Assembly (NCBI GenBank): GCA_020853705.1
Contig: JADYYK010000014.1
Span: 77,751 to 141,750 of the forward strand
Reading direction: 5' to 3'
DNA length: 64,000 bases
Source: Deltaproteobacteria bacterium
GTDB taxonomy: Bacteria; Myxococcota_A; Polyangia; Haliangiales; JADYYK01
Every line of letters begins with the position of its first letter. Position 1 is the first letter of the stretch. Positions 44,308-53,504 of this stretch are shown here, in pieces. The notes beneath the pieces are model-generated. The model did no database searches. It was given only the letters and a program-made list of their open reading frames with translations, and had not been told where the DNA came from. Position numbers and translations under genes: made by a program.

Positions 44308-44927
44308 CCAAGCTGGGCAGCCCGGCCGGCAAGGACAAGCTGGCCGCCGCGATCCGCGAGATCGAGGGGCTGTCCTCGGCCGAGGTCGCGGTCACCGTGC
44401 GCGCGCGCTCGGGCAGCTATCGCGACGTCGGCCTCAGCCTGGGCGTGCTGTTCGCCGCCGCCACGCTGGTCGGCTACGGGCGCTGGCCGCAGCGCATGCC
44501 GACCCAGCTCGGCAGCTGGGGGCCGCTCGGGCTGGCGCTGGCTGGCTTCGCGGTCGGCTACCTGGCCGCGCAGCTGCGCGGGCTGCACCACGCCCTGACG
44601 GCCGCGGCCCGGCGCCATCGCCAGGTGCTGACCTGTGCGCGCGCGGCCTTCGTCGAGCTGGGCGTGTCGCGCACCCTCAAGCGCACCGGGATCCTGCTCT
44701 ATGCCTCGGTGCTGGAGGGCGAGATCGCGGCGGTGGTCGACACCGGCGTGCAGCCCAAGGCGCTGGGGCCAGGCTGGAGCGCCGCCCAGCTGGAGATGAA
44801 GCTGGCGCTGCTGCGCGACGACGCCGAGGCCTTCGCCAAGGCGCTGCGCGGCCTGGGCCCGGCGCTGGCCGAGGCGCTGCCGCCTGACAGCATGGACCGC
44901 AACGAGCTCTCCGACCTGCCGTCCTGA
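44304..44927 (+). CDS. TPM-domain-like membrane protein
   Basis: GTG 44304 overlaps the upstream stop (GTGA). Segments AAAIREIEGLSSAEVAVTV and GILLYASVLEGEIAAVVDTGV are separated by two hydrophobic helices. Confidence 0.55.
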   Translation: MTKLGSPAGKDKLAAAIREIEGLSSAEVAVTVRARSGSYRDVGLSLGVLFAAATLVGYGRWPQRMPTQLGSWGPLGLALAGFAVGYLAAQLRGLHHALTAAARRHRQVLTCARAAFVELGVSRTLKRTGILLYASVLEGEIAAVVDTGVQPKALGPGWSAAQLEMKLALLRDDAEAFAKALRGLGPALAEALPPDSMDRNELSDLPS

Positions 44928-44994
44928 GGCCGCCTCGGGGTGTGTGATCGTCCTTGAAAAACGACGGGGTTTCACTAGGATCGCGCCACCTCGC

Positions 44995-46160
<1,166 letters not shown>

Positions 46161-46164
<4 letters not shown>

Positions 46165-46553
46165 GCGCCGAGTATCCCGACGACCTGCTCTACACCCGCG
46201 AGCACGAGTGGGCCCGTGTGGACGGCACCCGAGCCGTCATCGGCATCACGCGCTTCGCCGTCGAGCAGCTCGGCGACATCACGCAGGTCGACCTCCCCAA
46301 GGAGGGCGACAGCGTCAAGAAGGACGAGGTCTTCGGCACCGTGGAGTCGGTCAAGGCGGTGTCGGATCTGTTCGCGCCGCTGAGCGGCAAGGTGCTCAAG
46401 GTCAACGACCCGCTCAAGGACAGCCCCGAGTACGTCAACGACGACTGCTATGACGAGGGCTGGATGGTCGAGATCGAGCTCAGCGTCGAGAGCGAGAAGG
46501 CGGGCCTGATGTCGGCCAAGCAGTACAAGGAATTCCTCGAGGAGTCGGCCTGA
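46161..46553 (+). CDS. gcvH: Glycine cleavage system H protein
   Basis: ATGA overlap with gcvT, AAGGAG upstream. Lipoyl-lysine motif GTVESVKAVSDLFAPLSG. Confidence 0.95.
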
Positions 46554-47918
46554 TTGCGCTACATCCCGCATACCGAAGCTGACGTCGCGCGCATGCTGGG
46601 GGTGGTCGGGGTCGGGTCGGTGGAGGAGCTGTTCGCGCAGATCATCCCGGACAACGTCCGCCTGAAGGGCAAGCTCGACCTGCCCGCGGGCATGGACGAG
46701 GCCTCGCTGCTCTCGCACCTCGGCGAGCTGGGCTCGCGCAATAGGCCCGCGCGGCCCGCGGTGGCCGACGGTCCGCTGTCGTTCCTGGGCGCCGGCGTGT
46801 ACCCGCACGCCATCCCGTCGGCGGTCGACGCGCTGCTGTCGCGCTCGGAGTTTTACACCTCGTACACGCCCTACCAGCCCGAGATCTCGCAGGGCACGCT
46901 GCAGGCGGTGTTCGAGTTCCAGACCATCACCTCGGAGCTGATGGGCCTGCCAGTGGCCAACGCGTCGATGTATGACGGCTCGACCGCGTGCGCCGAGGCC
47001 ATCCTGATGGCGCGCCGGCTGACCGGGCGCCCCGGGATCCTGCTCGCCGGTGGCCTGCACCCCGAGTATGCCGAGGTCGCGCGCACGTACATGACGGCGC
47101 TCGACGTCGAGCTGGGCGAGGTCGCGCTGGGCGAAGACGGCACCCCGGACCTGGCGGCGCTGGACGCCGCGCTGTCGGAGCGCACCTCGTGCGTGGTGGT
47201 GCAGACGCCGTCCTACCTGGGCACCGTGGTCGACGTCGAGGCCATCGCGACGCGCGCGCATGCCCGCGGCGCCATGGTCGTCACCGTCACACCGGAGCCG
47301 CTGGCGCTGGGCGTCATGCGCGCGCCGGGCGCGGCCGGGGCGGACATCGCCGTCGGCGAGGGCGTCGGCCTGGCCATCCCGCCGTCGCTGGGCGCGCCCG
47401 CGGTGGGCCTGCTGGCGACGCGCACCGAGCATGTGCGCCAGATCCCGGGCCGCCTGGTCGGCGAGACCGTGGACACCGACGGCCGGCGCGGCTATGTGCT
47501 GACCCTGGCCACGCGCGAGCAGCACATCCGGCGCGAGAAGGCGACCTCCAACATCTGCACCAACCAGGGCCTCATCGCGCTGGCCTTCACGATCCATCTC
47601 TGTCTGCTCGGGCGGCGCGGCTTCGAGGAGCTGGCGCGCCTGGTCTATGCCAAGGCGCGCTATGCCAGCGAGCGGCTGGCGGCGGCCGGGCTGCCGGCGC
47701 GCTTCTCGGCGCCCAGCTTCAACGAGCTGTGTGTGCGCGTGCCGGGCGGTGACGCCGCGCGGGCCATCACGCGCGCGGCCGAGCGCGGGGTCTATGCCGG
47801 CGTGTCGGCGGGGCGCCTGGCGCCGGCGCTGGGCGACTGTCTGCTGGTGGCGGTCAACGAGATGCACGGCAAGGCCGACATCGATCGGCTGGCCGACACC
47901 CTGAAGGAGGTCGGCTGA
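46554..47918 (+). CDS. gcvPA: Glycine dehydrogenase (decarboxylating) subunit 1
   Basis: 454 aa. TTG start directly after the gcvH stop. Motifs FLGAGVYPHAIPSAV and TSYTPYQPEISQGTLQ. Confidence 0.94.
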   Translation: MRYIPHTEADVARMLGVVGVGSVEELFAQIIPDNVRLKGKLDLPAGMDEASLLSHLGELGSRNRPARPAVADGPLSFLGAGVYPHAIPSAVDALLSRSEFYTSYTPYQPEISQGTLQAVFEFQTITSELMGLPVANASMYDGSTACAEAILMARRLTGRPGILLAGGLHPEYAEVARTYMTALDVELGEVALGEDGTPDLAALDAALSERTSCVVVQTPSYLGTVVDVEAIATRAHARGAMVVTVTPEPLALGVMRAPGAAGADIAVGEGVGLAIPPSLGAPAVGLLATRTEHVRQIPGRLVGETVDTDGRRGYVLTLATREQHIRREKATSNICTNQGLIALAFTIHLCLLGRRGFEELARLVYAKARYASERLAAAGLPARFSAPSFNELCVRVPGGDAARAITRAAERGVYAGVSAGRLAPALGDCLLVAVNEMHGKADIDRLADTLKEVG

Positions 47919-49420
47919 TGCCGGGCAAGCACCCACGGGCGCTGCTGCACGAGTCGCGGCCGATCTTCGAGCAGGGCTCGCCGGGTCGGTCGGGGGCGTC
48001 GCTGCCGGCGCTGGACGTGCCGGCGCGCGATCCCGCCGTGGACGGGCCCGCGGCGCTCCGGCGTGGCGAGGCGCCGCACCTCCCGGAGGTCTCGGAGGTC
48101 GAGGTCACGCGCCACTTCACGCGCCTGTCGCGCTGGAACTACGCCATCGATCTCGGCATGTATCCGCTGGGGTCGTGCACCATGAAGTACAACCCCAAGG
48201 TCAACGAGCGCGCCGCGCGCATGCCCGGCTTCGCAGGGCTGCACCCGGCGCAGCCCGAGGACACCCTGGAGGGTGCGCTGGCCCTGATGTGGGGCCTGGA
48301 GCGGGCGCTGTGCGAGATCACCGGCTTCCAGCGCGCGACGCTGCAGCCGGCCGCGGGCGCCCACGGCGAGCTGACCGGCCTGATGATGATCCGCGCCTAC
48401 CACCAGGATCACGGCGGCAAGGCCAGGAAGAAGATCATCATCCCCGACAGCGCGCACGGCACCAACCCGGCGTCGTGCACCCTGAACGGCTTCGAGGCGC
48501 TCGGCATCAAGACCGGCGCCGGCGGGGTCATCGACGCCTCTGCGGTGCGCGCGGCGTGCGCAGCGCACCCGGGCGCCATTGCGGGCATCATGATCACCAA
48601 CCCGTCGACGCTGGGGCTGTTCGAGACCCAGATCGCCGAGATCACCGAGGTCGTGCACGCGGCGGGCGGCCTCTGCTACATGGACGGCGCCAACCTGAAC
48701 GCGCTGATGGGCAAGTTCCGCCCGGGTGACGCCGGCCTCGACGTCATGCACATCAACCTGCACAAGACCTTCACCACGCCACATGGTGGTGGCGGTCCTG
48801 GCGCCGGTCCGGTCGCGGTCGGCGCCGCGCTGGAGCCGTACCTGCCGACCCCGATGGTGGCGCGCGACGGCGAGCGCCTGCGCTGGGACTTCGCGCGGCC
48901 GCGCTCGATCGGCCGCGTGCGCGCAGGGTCCAGCAACTTCGGCATGCTGGTGCGGGCGTACGCCTACATCCGCGAGATGGGCGGCCCGGGCCTGACCCAG
49001 GCCACCGAGATGGCGGTGCTCAACGCCAACTACATCCGGAAGAAGCTCGAGGACGTCTACCCGGTGGCGTTCGATCGCCCGTGCATGCACGAGGTGGTGT
49101 TCTCCGACAAGAAGCTCAAGAAGGAGACCGGCATCACCACGCTGGATGTCGCCAAGCGCCTGATGGATCACGGCTTCCACCCGCCGACGATCTACTTCCC
49201 GCTGGTGGTCCCCGGCGCCCTGATGATCGAGCCCACCGAGACCGAGCCCCCCGAGGCGCTCGACGAGCTGTGCACCGCGCTGCGCGAGATCGCCGCCGAG
49301 GCGGTCACAGATCCCGACAAGGTCCACTCCGCGCCGCACACCACCGGCCTGCGTCGCCTCGACGAGACCCTGGCGGCGCGCCACCCACGCCTGCGCTGGA
49401 CGCCGAAGGCCGCCGAGTAG
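47918..49420 (+). CDS. gcvPB: Glycine dehydrogenase (decarboxylating) subunit 2
   Basis: 500 aa. Motif GSCTMKYNPK. PLP-lysine motif NLHKTFTTPHGGGGPG. Confidence 0.94.
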   Translation: MPGKHPRALLHESRPIFEQGSPGRSGASLPALDVPARDPAVDGPAALRRGEAPHLPEVSEVEVTRHFTRLSRWNYAIDLGMYPLGSCTMKYNPKVNERAARMPGFAGLHPAQPEDTLEGALALMWGLERALCEITGFQRATLQPAAGAHGELTGLMMIRAYHQDHGGKARKKIIIPDSAHGTNPASCTLNGFEALGIKTGAGGVIDASAVRAACAAHPGAIAGIMITNPSTLGLFETQIAEITEVVHAAGGLCYMDGANLNALMGKFRPGDAGLDVMHINLHKTFTTPHGGGGPGAGPVAVGAALEPYLPTPMVARDGERLRWDFARPRSIGRVRAGSSNFGMLVRAYAYIREMGGPGLTQATEMAVLNANYIRKKLEDVYPVAFDRPCMHEVVFSDKKLKKETGITTLDVAKRLMDHGFHPPTIYFPLVVPGALMIEPTETEPPEALDELCTALREIAAEAVTDPDKVHSAPHTTGLRRLDETLAARHPRLRWTPKAAE

Positions 49421-49423
49421 GCC

Positions 49424-50014
49424 ATGCGGAGCAGCCTGCTGATCACGGTCCTCTGGCTCGCCGGGCTGGGTGGCTGCGGGTCGTCGGCCGACGACGACGA
49501 CGATGCGGCCGACGCGGCGGTCCTCGGGATGGACGCGGCGGTAGTGGCCGCCGACGCCGCGTTGCCCGACGCCAGCCAGCCCGGCGCCGACGCCGCGCGC
49601 CCCGACGGCGCCGCGGGCGCCTGCCACGGCGAGAGCTTCGGCGCCCCCGCGGTGCCCCTGCGCATGGTGGCCACGTTGCCCGGCGCGACCGGCGGCAGCA
49701 TCCCGCCCGGGGCCTATGACGCGGTCGACGCCCAGACCACCGGGTCCACCACCGGGACCTTTCGCAGCACCTGGTTCTTCGCCGGGACCCAGCTCGACGT
49801 GTTCGAGCAGCTGACCCTGACCGGCACCCCGCCGACCCCGGTGCCGCGCAGCTTCTCGTTCAGCACCGCGACCGGCAACCGGCTGCTGCGCACCGGGATC
49901 TGCATGAGCACCAGCAGCTTCGACAACGAGTACAGCGTGCGCACGGTGGGCGTCGACACCTTCCTCGACGTCAAGCAAGCGACCATCATGTTCACGTTCA
50001 AGAAGCGCCCATAG
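49424..50014 (+). CDS. Lipoprotein, unknown function
   Basis: 196 aa. MRSSLLITVLWLAGLGG/C followed by an acidic linker (SSADDDDD). Confidence 0.65.
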   Translation: MRSSLLITVLWLAGLGGCGSSADDDDDAADAAVLGMDAAVVAADAALPDASQPGADAARPDGAAGACHGESFGAPAVPLRMVATLPGATGGSIPPGAYDAVDAQTTGSTTGTFRSTWFFAGTQLDVFEQLTLTGTPPTPVPRSFSFSTATGNRLLRTGICMSTSSFDNEYSVRTVGVDTFLDVKQATIMFTFKKRP

Positions 50015-50115
50015 CCGGAGCAACGACCGACCCACCAACGACCGACCCACTTCGTGGGTCAGTCGCGGATGACGGAGCCGGAGCAACGACGACCCACTTC
50101 GTGGGTCAGTCGTTG
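50015..50115. repeat. Duplicated hairpin element between convergent genes (terminator candidates)
   Basis: ccggagcaacgac occurs at 50015 and 50078. The 15-mer caacgaccgacccac is tandemly duplicated (50021-50050). Hairpin 1 spans 50039-50065 (cgac-c-GACCCAC ttc GTGGGTC-a-gtcg). Hairpin 2 spans 50084-50115 (CAACGACGACCCAC ttc GTGGGTC-a-GTCGTTG) and includes the stop codon at 50106-50108. Confidence 0.85.
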
Positions 50116-51248
50116 TAGCGGAAGACCCGAAACCGCGGCGCGCTGGTGATCTCGAACAGGAAGCCGAAGCGGAAGCTGATGACGCCGGTGTCGCCGTTGA
50201 CCAGCTGGGCCGGCGGGTTGGGGAACGGCTCGGCGGCGCGGAAGGCGCTCTCGGCCTCGTCGTCGAGAAAGTCCACGCCGCTCGGCTTCTCCAGGAAGAT
50301 GTCCTTGAGGCCGCCCTTGGGATCGAGCGACACGCGCAGCACGGTGAGGCGGTTCTTGGTGCCGTAGATCTTGCCGCTGGGATCGCGCAGGCGGTAGGCG
50401 ACGTCGGGGTGCCACTGCTGCGCGACCTGGTTCTTCATGCGGTTGAAGAAGGACGAGAAGCGCCAGCGCTTGCTGGTCAGCACGGTCTCGTCACCCTCCT
50501 CGACGTCCTTGAGGTAGTCGTTGACGCCGCCGCCGCCGGCGGCCTTCGACAGGGTGTCGTCGGTGGGCCTGAGATCGCCGATCTTGGGCAGTGGGCGACC
50601 GTCACCACCAGCGCCCGACGGCTCGCCGCTGGCCATCGGCCCCTTCTTGGGCAGCGTGCCGCCGGGGGTCTCGTCACCCTCGAAGCCGTCGGGGCGCATG
50701 CCGCCCTGCTCGCCACCGGGGTTCTGCGCGCGCGGGCCAGTGCCGGGCACCGGCTGCATCTCGCCACCGGCGCCGCCGCCCTTGCGCGGGGCCGCCTGCG
50801 GATCGCGCCCGTCAGCGGCGCCCGCGGGCCCGGGCGAGCCGCCGGCGCTGCGCTTCACGGTCTGCTTGGTCGCGACCGAGTCGTACTCGGACAGATAGTC
50901 GGCCTTGTCGGGGCGGACCTCGACCGCGGGGCGCGGGATGTCGACCACCTGCCCGGCCATGTCAGGGTCGTCCTCGGACTTGCGCGCCTCGTCGAGCTTC
51001 TTCTGGGTCTCCTCGTCGGCCTCGGCGGCCAGGGCGTCGGCCTCGGCGGCCGACAGCACGTTGATCGAGGTCGACCCCGCCTCGGGATCGAGCATGGCCA
51101 GCCCGCCCAGGTGGCCGGGGGTGCCCGCGAACAGACCGTCGAGCGCACCACCACCGGCGAGCAGCGCGTGGACCGCCACCGAGGCCACCCCGAAGGTGAC
51201 CATGGTCCACATCGAGCTGCTTTGCCGACGGCGAGAGCGGGCGCTCAT
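50106..51248 (-). CDS. TonB-family protein (N-terminal TM anchor, Gly/Pro/Asp-rich linker, TonB_C domain)
   Basis: 380 aa. TM segment WTMVTFGVASVAVHALLAGG. C-terminal sequence QVAQQWHPDVAY...LTVLRVSLDPKGGLKDIFLEKPSGVDFLDDEAESAFRAAEPFPNPP. Confidence 0.8.
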   Translation of the reverse strand: MSARSRRRQSSSMWTMVTFGVASVAVHALLAGGGALDGLFAGTPGHLGGLAMLDPEAGSTSINVLSAAEADALAAEADEETQKKLDEARKSEDDPDMAGQVVDIPRPAVEVRPDKADYLSEYDSVATKQTVKRSAGGSPGPAGAADGRDPQAAPRKGGGAGGEMQPVPGTGPRAQNPGGEQGGMRPDGFEGDETPGGTLPKKGPMASGEPSGAGGDGRPLPKIGDLRPTDDTLSKAAGGGGVNDYLKDVEEGDETVLTSKRWRFSSFFNRMKNQVAQQWHPDVAYRLRDPSGKIYGTKNRLTVLRVSLDPKGGLKDIFLEKPSGVDFLDDEAESAFRAAEPFPNPPAQLVNGDTGVISFRFGFLFEITSAPRFRVFRYND

Positions 51249-51407
51249 TCGAGATGCCTCACCAGCCCAGGGACTCCCTGCGCCTGGCGTGGATCATAGC
51301 AATCGCCACGAGATCCCGCCATGTGGTCAAAGACGTACACTGCGGAAACTTCGGTTCAGCCCCAGCGCGCAGCGCAAAGGCTGTTCCGGCTCCGGCTCCG
51401 GCTCCGG

Positions 51408-52751
51408 TCACCGGATCAACGGATTTTCATACTCGAACGGTGCCGCCAGCACGAACTCGCTGCCCCGGGTCAGCACCGGGGGCACCGCGCCGAACGGCGC
51501 CGCCGCCTTGACCGCGCGCTGCACCTCGGCGTCGAAGGCTGGAAAGCGCGAGCGCTTGACGAAGCGCACCCCCAGCAGCGCCCCGTCGCGCGCGCGCAGC
51601 GTGATGTGCACGATGGCCGAGCCCTGCTCGAGGGCGATGCGCAAGGCGTCAGGGTAGCGCCAGGTGCGATCGACGCGCTGGCGGAGGTTGCGCAGGTAGG
51701 TGGTCTGCGCGACCCGGCGGGCGCGCAGCGCGGGGTCCGCGCCGACCGGGACGTCGGCGCGGGTGCCGCCCTGGCCGCTGGTCTCGCGGGTGCTCTTCGC
51801 CGAGGTACCGGTGCCAACGTTGGTCCCCGCCACGCCCTTGTCGGCGTCACCGCCGGCCGACGGCGGGGTCCGCTCGATGACGCCGGGGCGCTTGTTGTCG
51901 GAGGCCTCGGCGGCCGCGAGGTCGTCGCTGGTGGCGCCCCTGCGCTCGGTCTCGGTCGCGCGGGGGCCGGGCTCCACGGGCGCCGCACCGCCGGCGGACC
52001 GGGTGCGCGCGGCGGCGACATCTGCGGGCGCCGGGCCGCCGGTGCTCGTGCTCGTGCCGCGGGCGATCATGGGATCGTCATCGCCGCCCTGCCCGCTCGC
52101 CGCGCGCGCCCGGGTCTCGGCGTCGGACCCGGTGCGGGGCAGCAGCGGACCGCGCTGTCCGCGCCCCGCGCCACGGGTGTCGGCCAGGCCGGGTTGCGGC
52201 TCCTGGCGGATGGTCTCGGGCGAGCGCCGGGTGGCGCCGGTGCGGGTGTGCTCCGCGCGCAGCACGTCGGCGCCGGTGGTGACCACCACCGACATGGCGT
52301 CGTCGCCCGGATCACTGCGCCCGGTGAAGGCGGGCCGGCCGCCCGCGTCCCCGCCGCCCGCGCCAGCGGCGCGAACGTCGGGCGCCTCGACATCGCTGCG
52401 CGGGAACGGGTGCTGCTCGTGCTCGGCGTCGCTGTCGACCGGCCCCGTGCGCAGCGGCAGGCGCGCCACTTCCGCGGGGTTCAGCGTCACCGTCCCGGGC
52501 GCCACCACGTCGACCAGCGCGATCTCGACCGGCAGCGCGGGCAGCGCGCCCGGCTGCAGCAGGTCATCATCAACCACTGCGGCCGGCGCCGGCGCCCGCC
52601 GTGCCCTGCCCTGCCCGACCGAGATCACCGCCAGCACCACGACATGCAGCGCCAGGCTCAGCAGCACGGCCCAGCCCAGCAGGCGCCAGCGTGTCCGCCC
52701 GCCTTGCTGTCCCGCCGCTGCTCTGGCCGCCATGGTCATTCCAGGACCCAC
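51408..52751 (-). CDS. TonB-family protein (TM anchor, long low-complexity linker, TonB_C domain)
   Basis: 447 aa with a GTG start (ATG alternatives at 52739 and 52733). TM segment LLGWAVLLSLALHVVVLAVI. C-terminal sequence YLRNLRQRVDRTWRYPDAL...GSAIVHITLRARDGALLGVRFVKRSRFPAFDAEVQRAVKAAAPFGAVP. Confidence 0.78.
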   Translation of the reverse strand: MGPGMTMAARAAAGQQGGRTRWRLLGWAVLLSLALHVVVLAVISVGQGRARRAPAPAAVVDDDLLQPGALPALPVEIALVDVVAPGTVTLNPAEVARLPLRTGPVDSDAEHEQHPFPRSDVEAPDVRAAGAGGGDAGGRPAFTGRSDPGDDAMSVVVTTGADVLRAEHTRTGATRRSPETIRQEPQPGLADTRGAGRGQRGPLLPRTGSDAETRARAASGQGGDDDPMIARGTSTSTGGPAPADVAAARTRSAGGAAPVEPGPRATETERRGATSDDLAAAEASDNKRPGVIERTPPSAGGDADKGVAGTNVGTGTSAKSTRETSGQGGTRADVPVGADPALRARRVAQTTYLRNLRQRVDRTWRYPDALRIALEQGSAIVHITLRARDGALLGVRFVKRSRFPAFDAEVQRAVKAAAPFGAVPPVLTRGSEFVLAAPFEYENPLIR

Positions 52752-52787
52752 TCAGTATGAGCCTTCCGGCGCCGCCAGGCCACCTGC

Positions 52788-52822
52788 CAGGACTCCTCGA
52801 GGCGCAGCTTCGAGGAGTCCTG
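52788..52822. promoter_or_regulatory. Perfect 13-bp inverted repeat (operator or 5'-UTR hairpin candidate)
   Basis: CAGGACTCCTCGA-ggcgcagct-TCGAGGAGTCCTG, read directly. Located in the 98-nt divergent intergenic region, 37 nt from GTG 52751 (-) and 28 nt from ATG 52850 (+). Confidence 0.6.
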
Positions 52823-52849
52823 CTCCGCCCTCTGGGGTAAGCTCCGAGC

Positions 52850-53083
52850 ATGTTGCCGACCAGGCGCCAGAAACGCTGGGCCGGGCGCCTGCGCACCGCG
52901 GGCGCCTTGCTGGCGTTGCTCGGCGGCGTGGCCACCGCCGACCACGTGGTCGGCCTGGCGCGCGCGGGCAGCGACGATCTGGCCGCCACCCACGCCATCC
53001 CGGCTCCCCTGCCGGTCGGCCTCGGCGCGCTGGCGCTGGGCGGCCTGCTCTACCTGCTCGGTCGCCGCTGGAGCGCCCACTGA
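52850..53083 (+). CDS. Small membrane protein (2 predicted TM), hypothetical
   Basis: 77 aa. Basic N-terminus (RRQKRWAGRLR), then ALLALLGGVA and LGALALGGLLYLLG. Coding status is uncertain. Confidence 0.45.
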   Translation: MLPTRRQKRWAGRLRTAGALLALLGGVATADHVVGLARAGSDDLAATHAIPAPLPVGLGALALGGLLYLLGRRWSAH

Positions 53084-53090
53084 GGCACCC

Positions 53091-53501
53091 ATGAGCCGTC
53101 GCACAACCCCCGCCCCTGCCACCGCCAAGGAGGCCGTGCTGCGCCTGGGCCAGGCCTTCGACGACGCCGATCCCGCGCTGGCCGCGGGCGCCGTCCTGTT
53201 CCCCTATCAGCACGCGGTCGACTTCCGCGGCAAGACCTCGGTGCACGTCTACGATCAGAGCCGCTTCGCCGAGGAGGTCGGCGAGCGCCCCGGTGGCAAG
53301 CGCGCCCGGCGCGCGCGCACCGATCTGACCGTCGAGGTGCTGTCCCCGACCGCCGCGCTGGTGCGTGAGGACATCGAGTTCACCTCACCGGACGGCGACA
53401 CCGGGGGGCAGCGCGCCCTGCACACCGTGGTGCGCGCGGGCACCGGCTGGGCGGTGGCGGCGAGCTGGTACTCGGAAGCGCCCGAGTGGCTGGTGAGCTG
53501 A
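53091..53501 (+). CDS. Hypothetical protein (possibly NTF2/SnoaL-like fold)
   Basis: 136-aa ORF with balanced composition, 7 nt after the preceding stop. The fold assignment is a guess from length and pattern. Confidence 0.5.
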   Translation: MSRRTTPAPATAKEAVLRLGQAFDDADPALAAGAVLFPYQHAVDFRGKTSVHVYDQSRFAEEVGERPGGKRARRARTDLTVEVLSPTAALVREDIEFTSPDGDTGGQRALHTVVRAGTGWAVAASWYSEAPEWLVS

Positions 53502-53504
53502 CGC

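Noticed and set aside
44928-44994. Possible glycine riboswitch upstream of gcvT.
   Set aside because: Only 67 nt are available, and I see none of the conserved glycine-aptamer elements. There is only a weak 4-bp hairpin (cgtc...gacg). A covariance-model scan (Rfam glycine model) would settle it.
51385-51407. (TCCGGC)x3.7 microsatellite directly 3' of the TonB-like stop codon, considered as a regulatory element.
   Set aside because: It is short and can form only 4-bp CCGG self-pairs. It is most simply a GC-rich simple repeat, so I noted it but did not call it functional.
50106-52751. Calling the two TonB-like proteins GltG/GltJ gliding-motility components.
   Set aside because: No other glt/agl genes, and no ExbBD/TolQR-type motor, are present in the window. 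Domain content alone cannot establish orthology.
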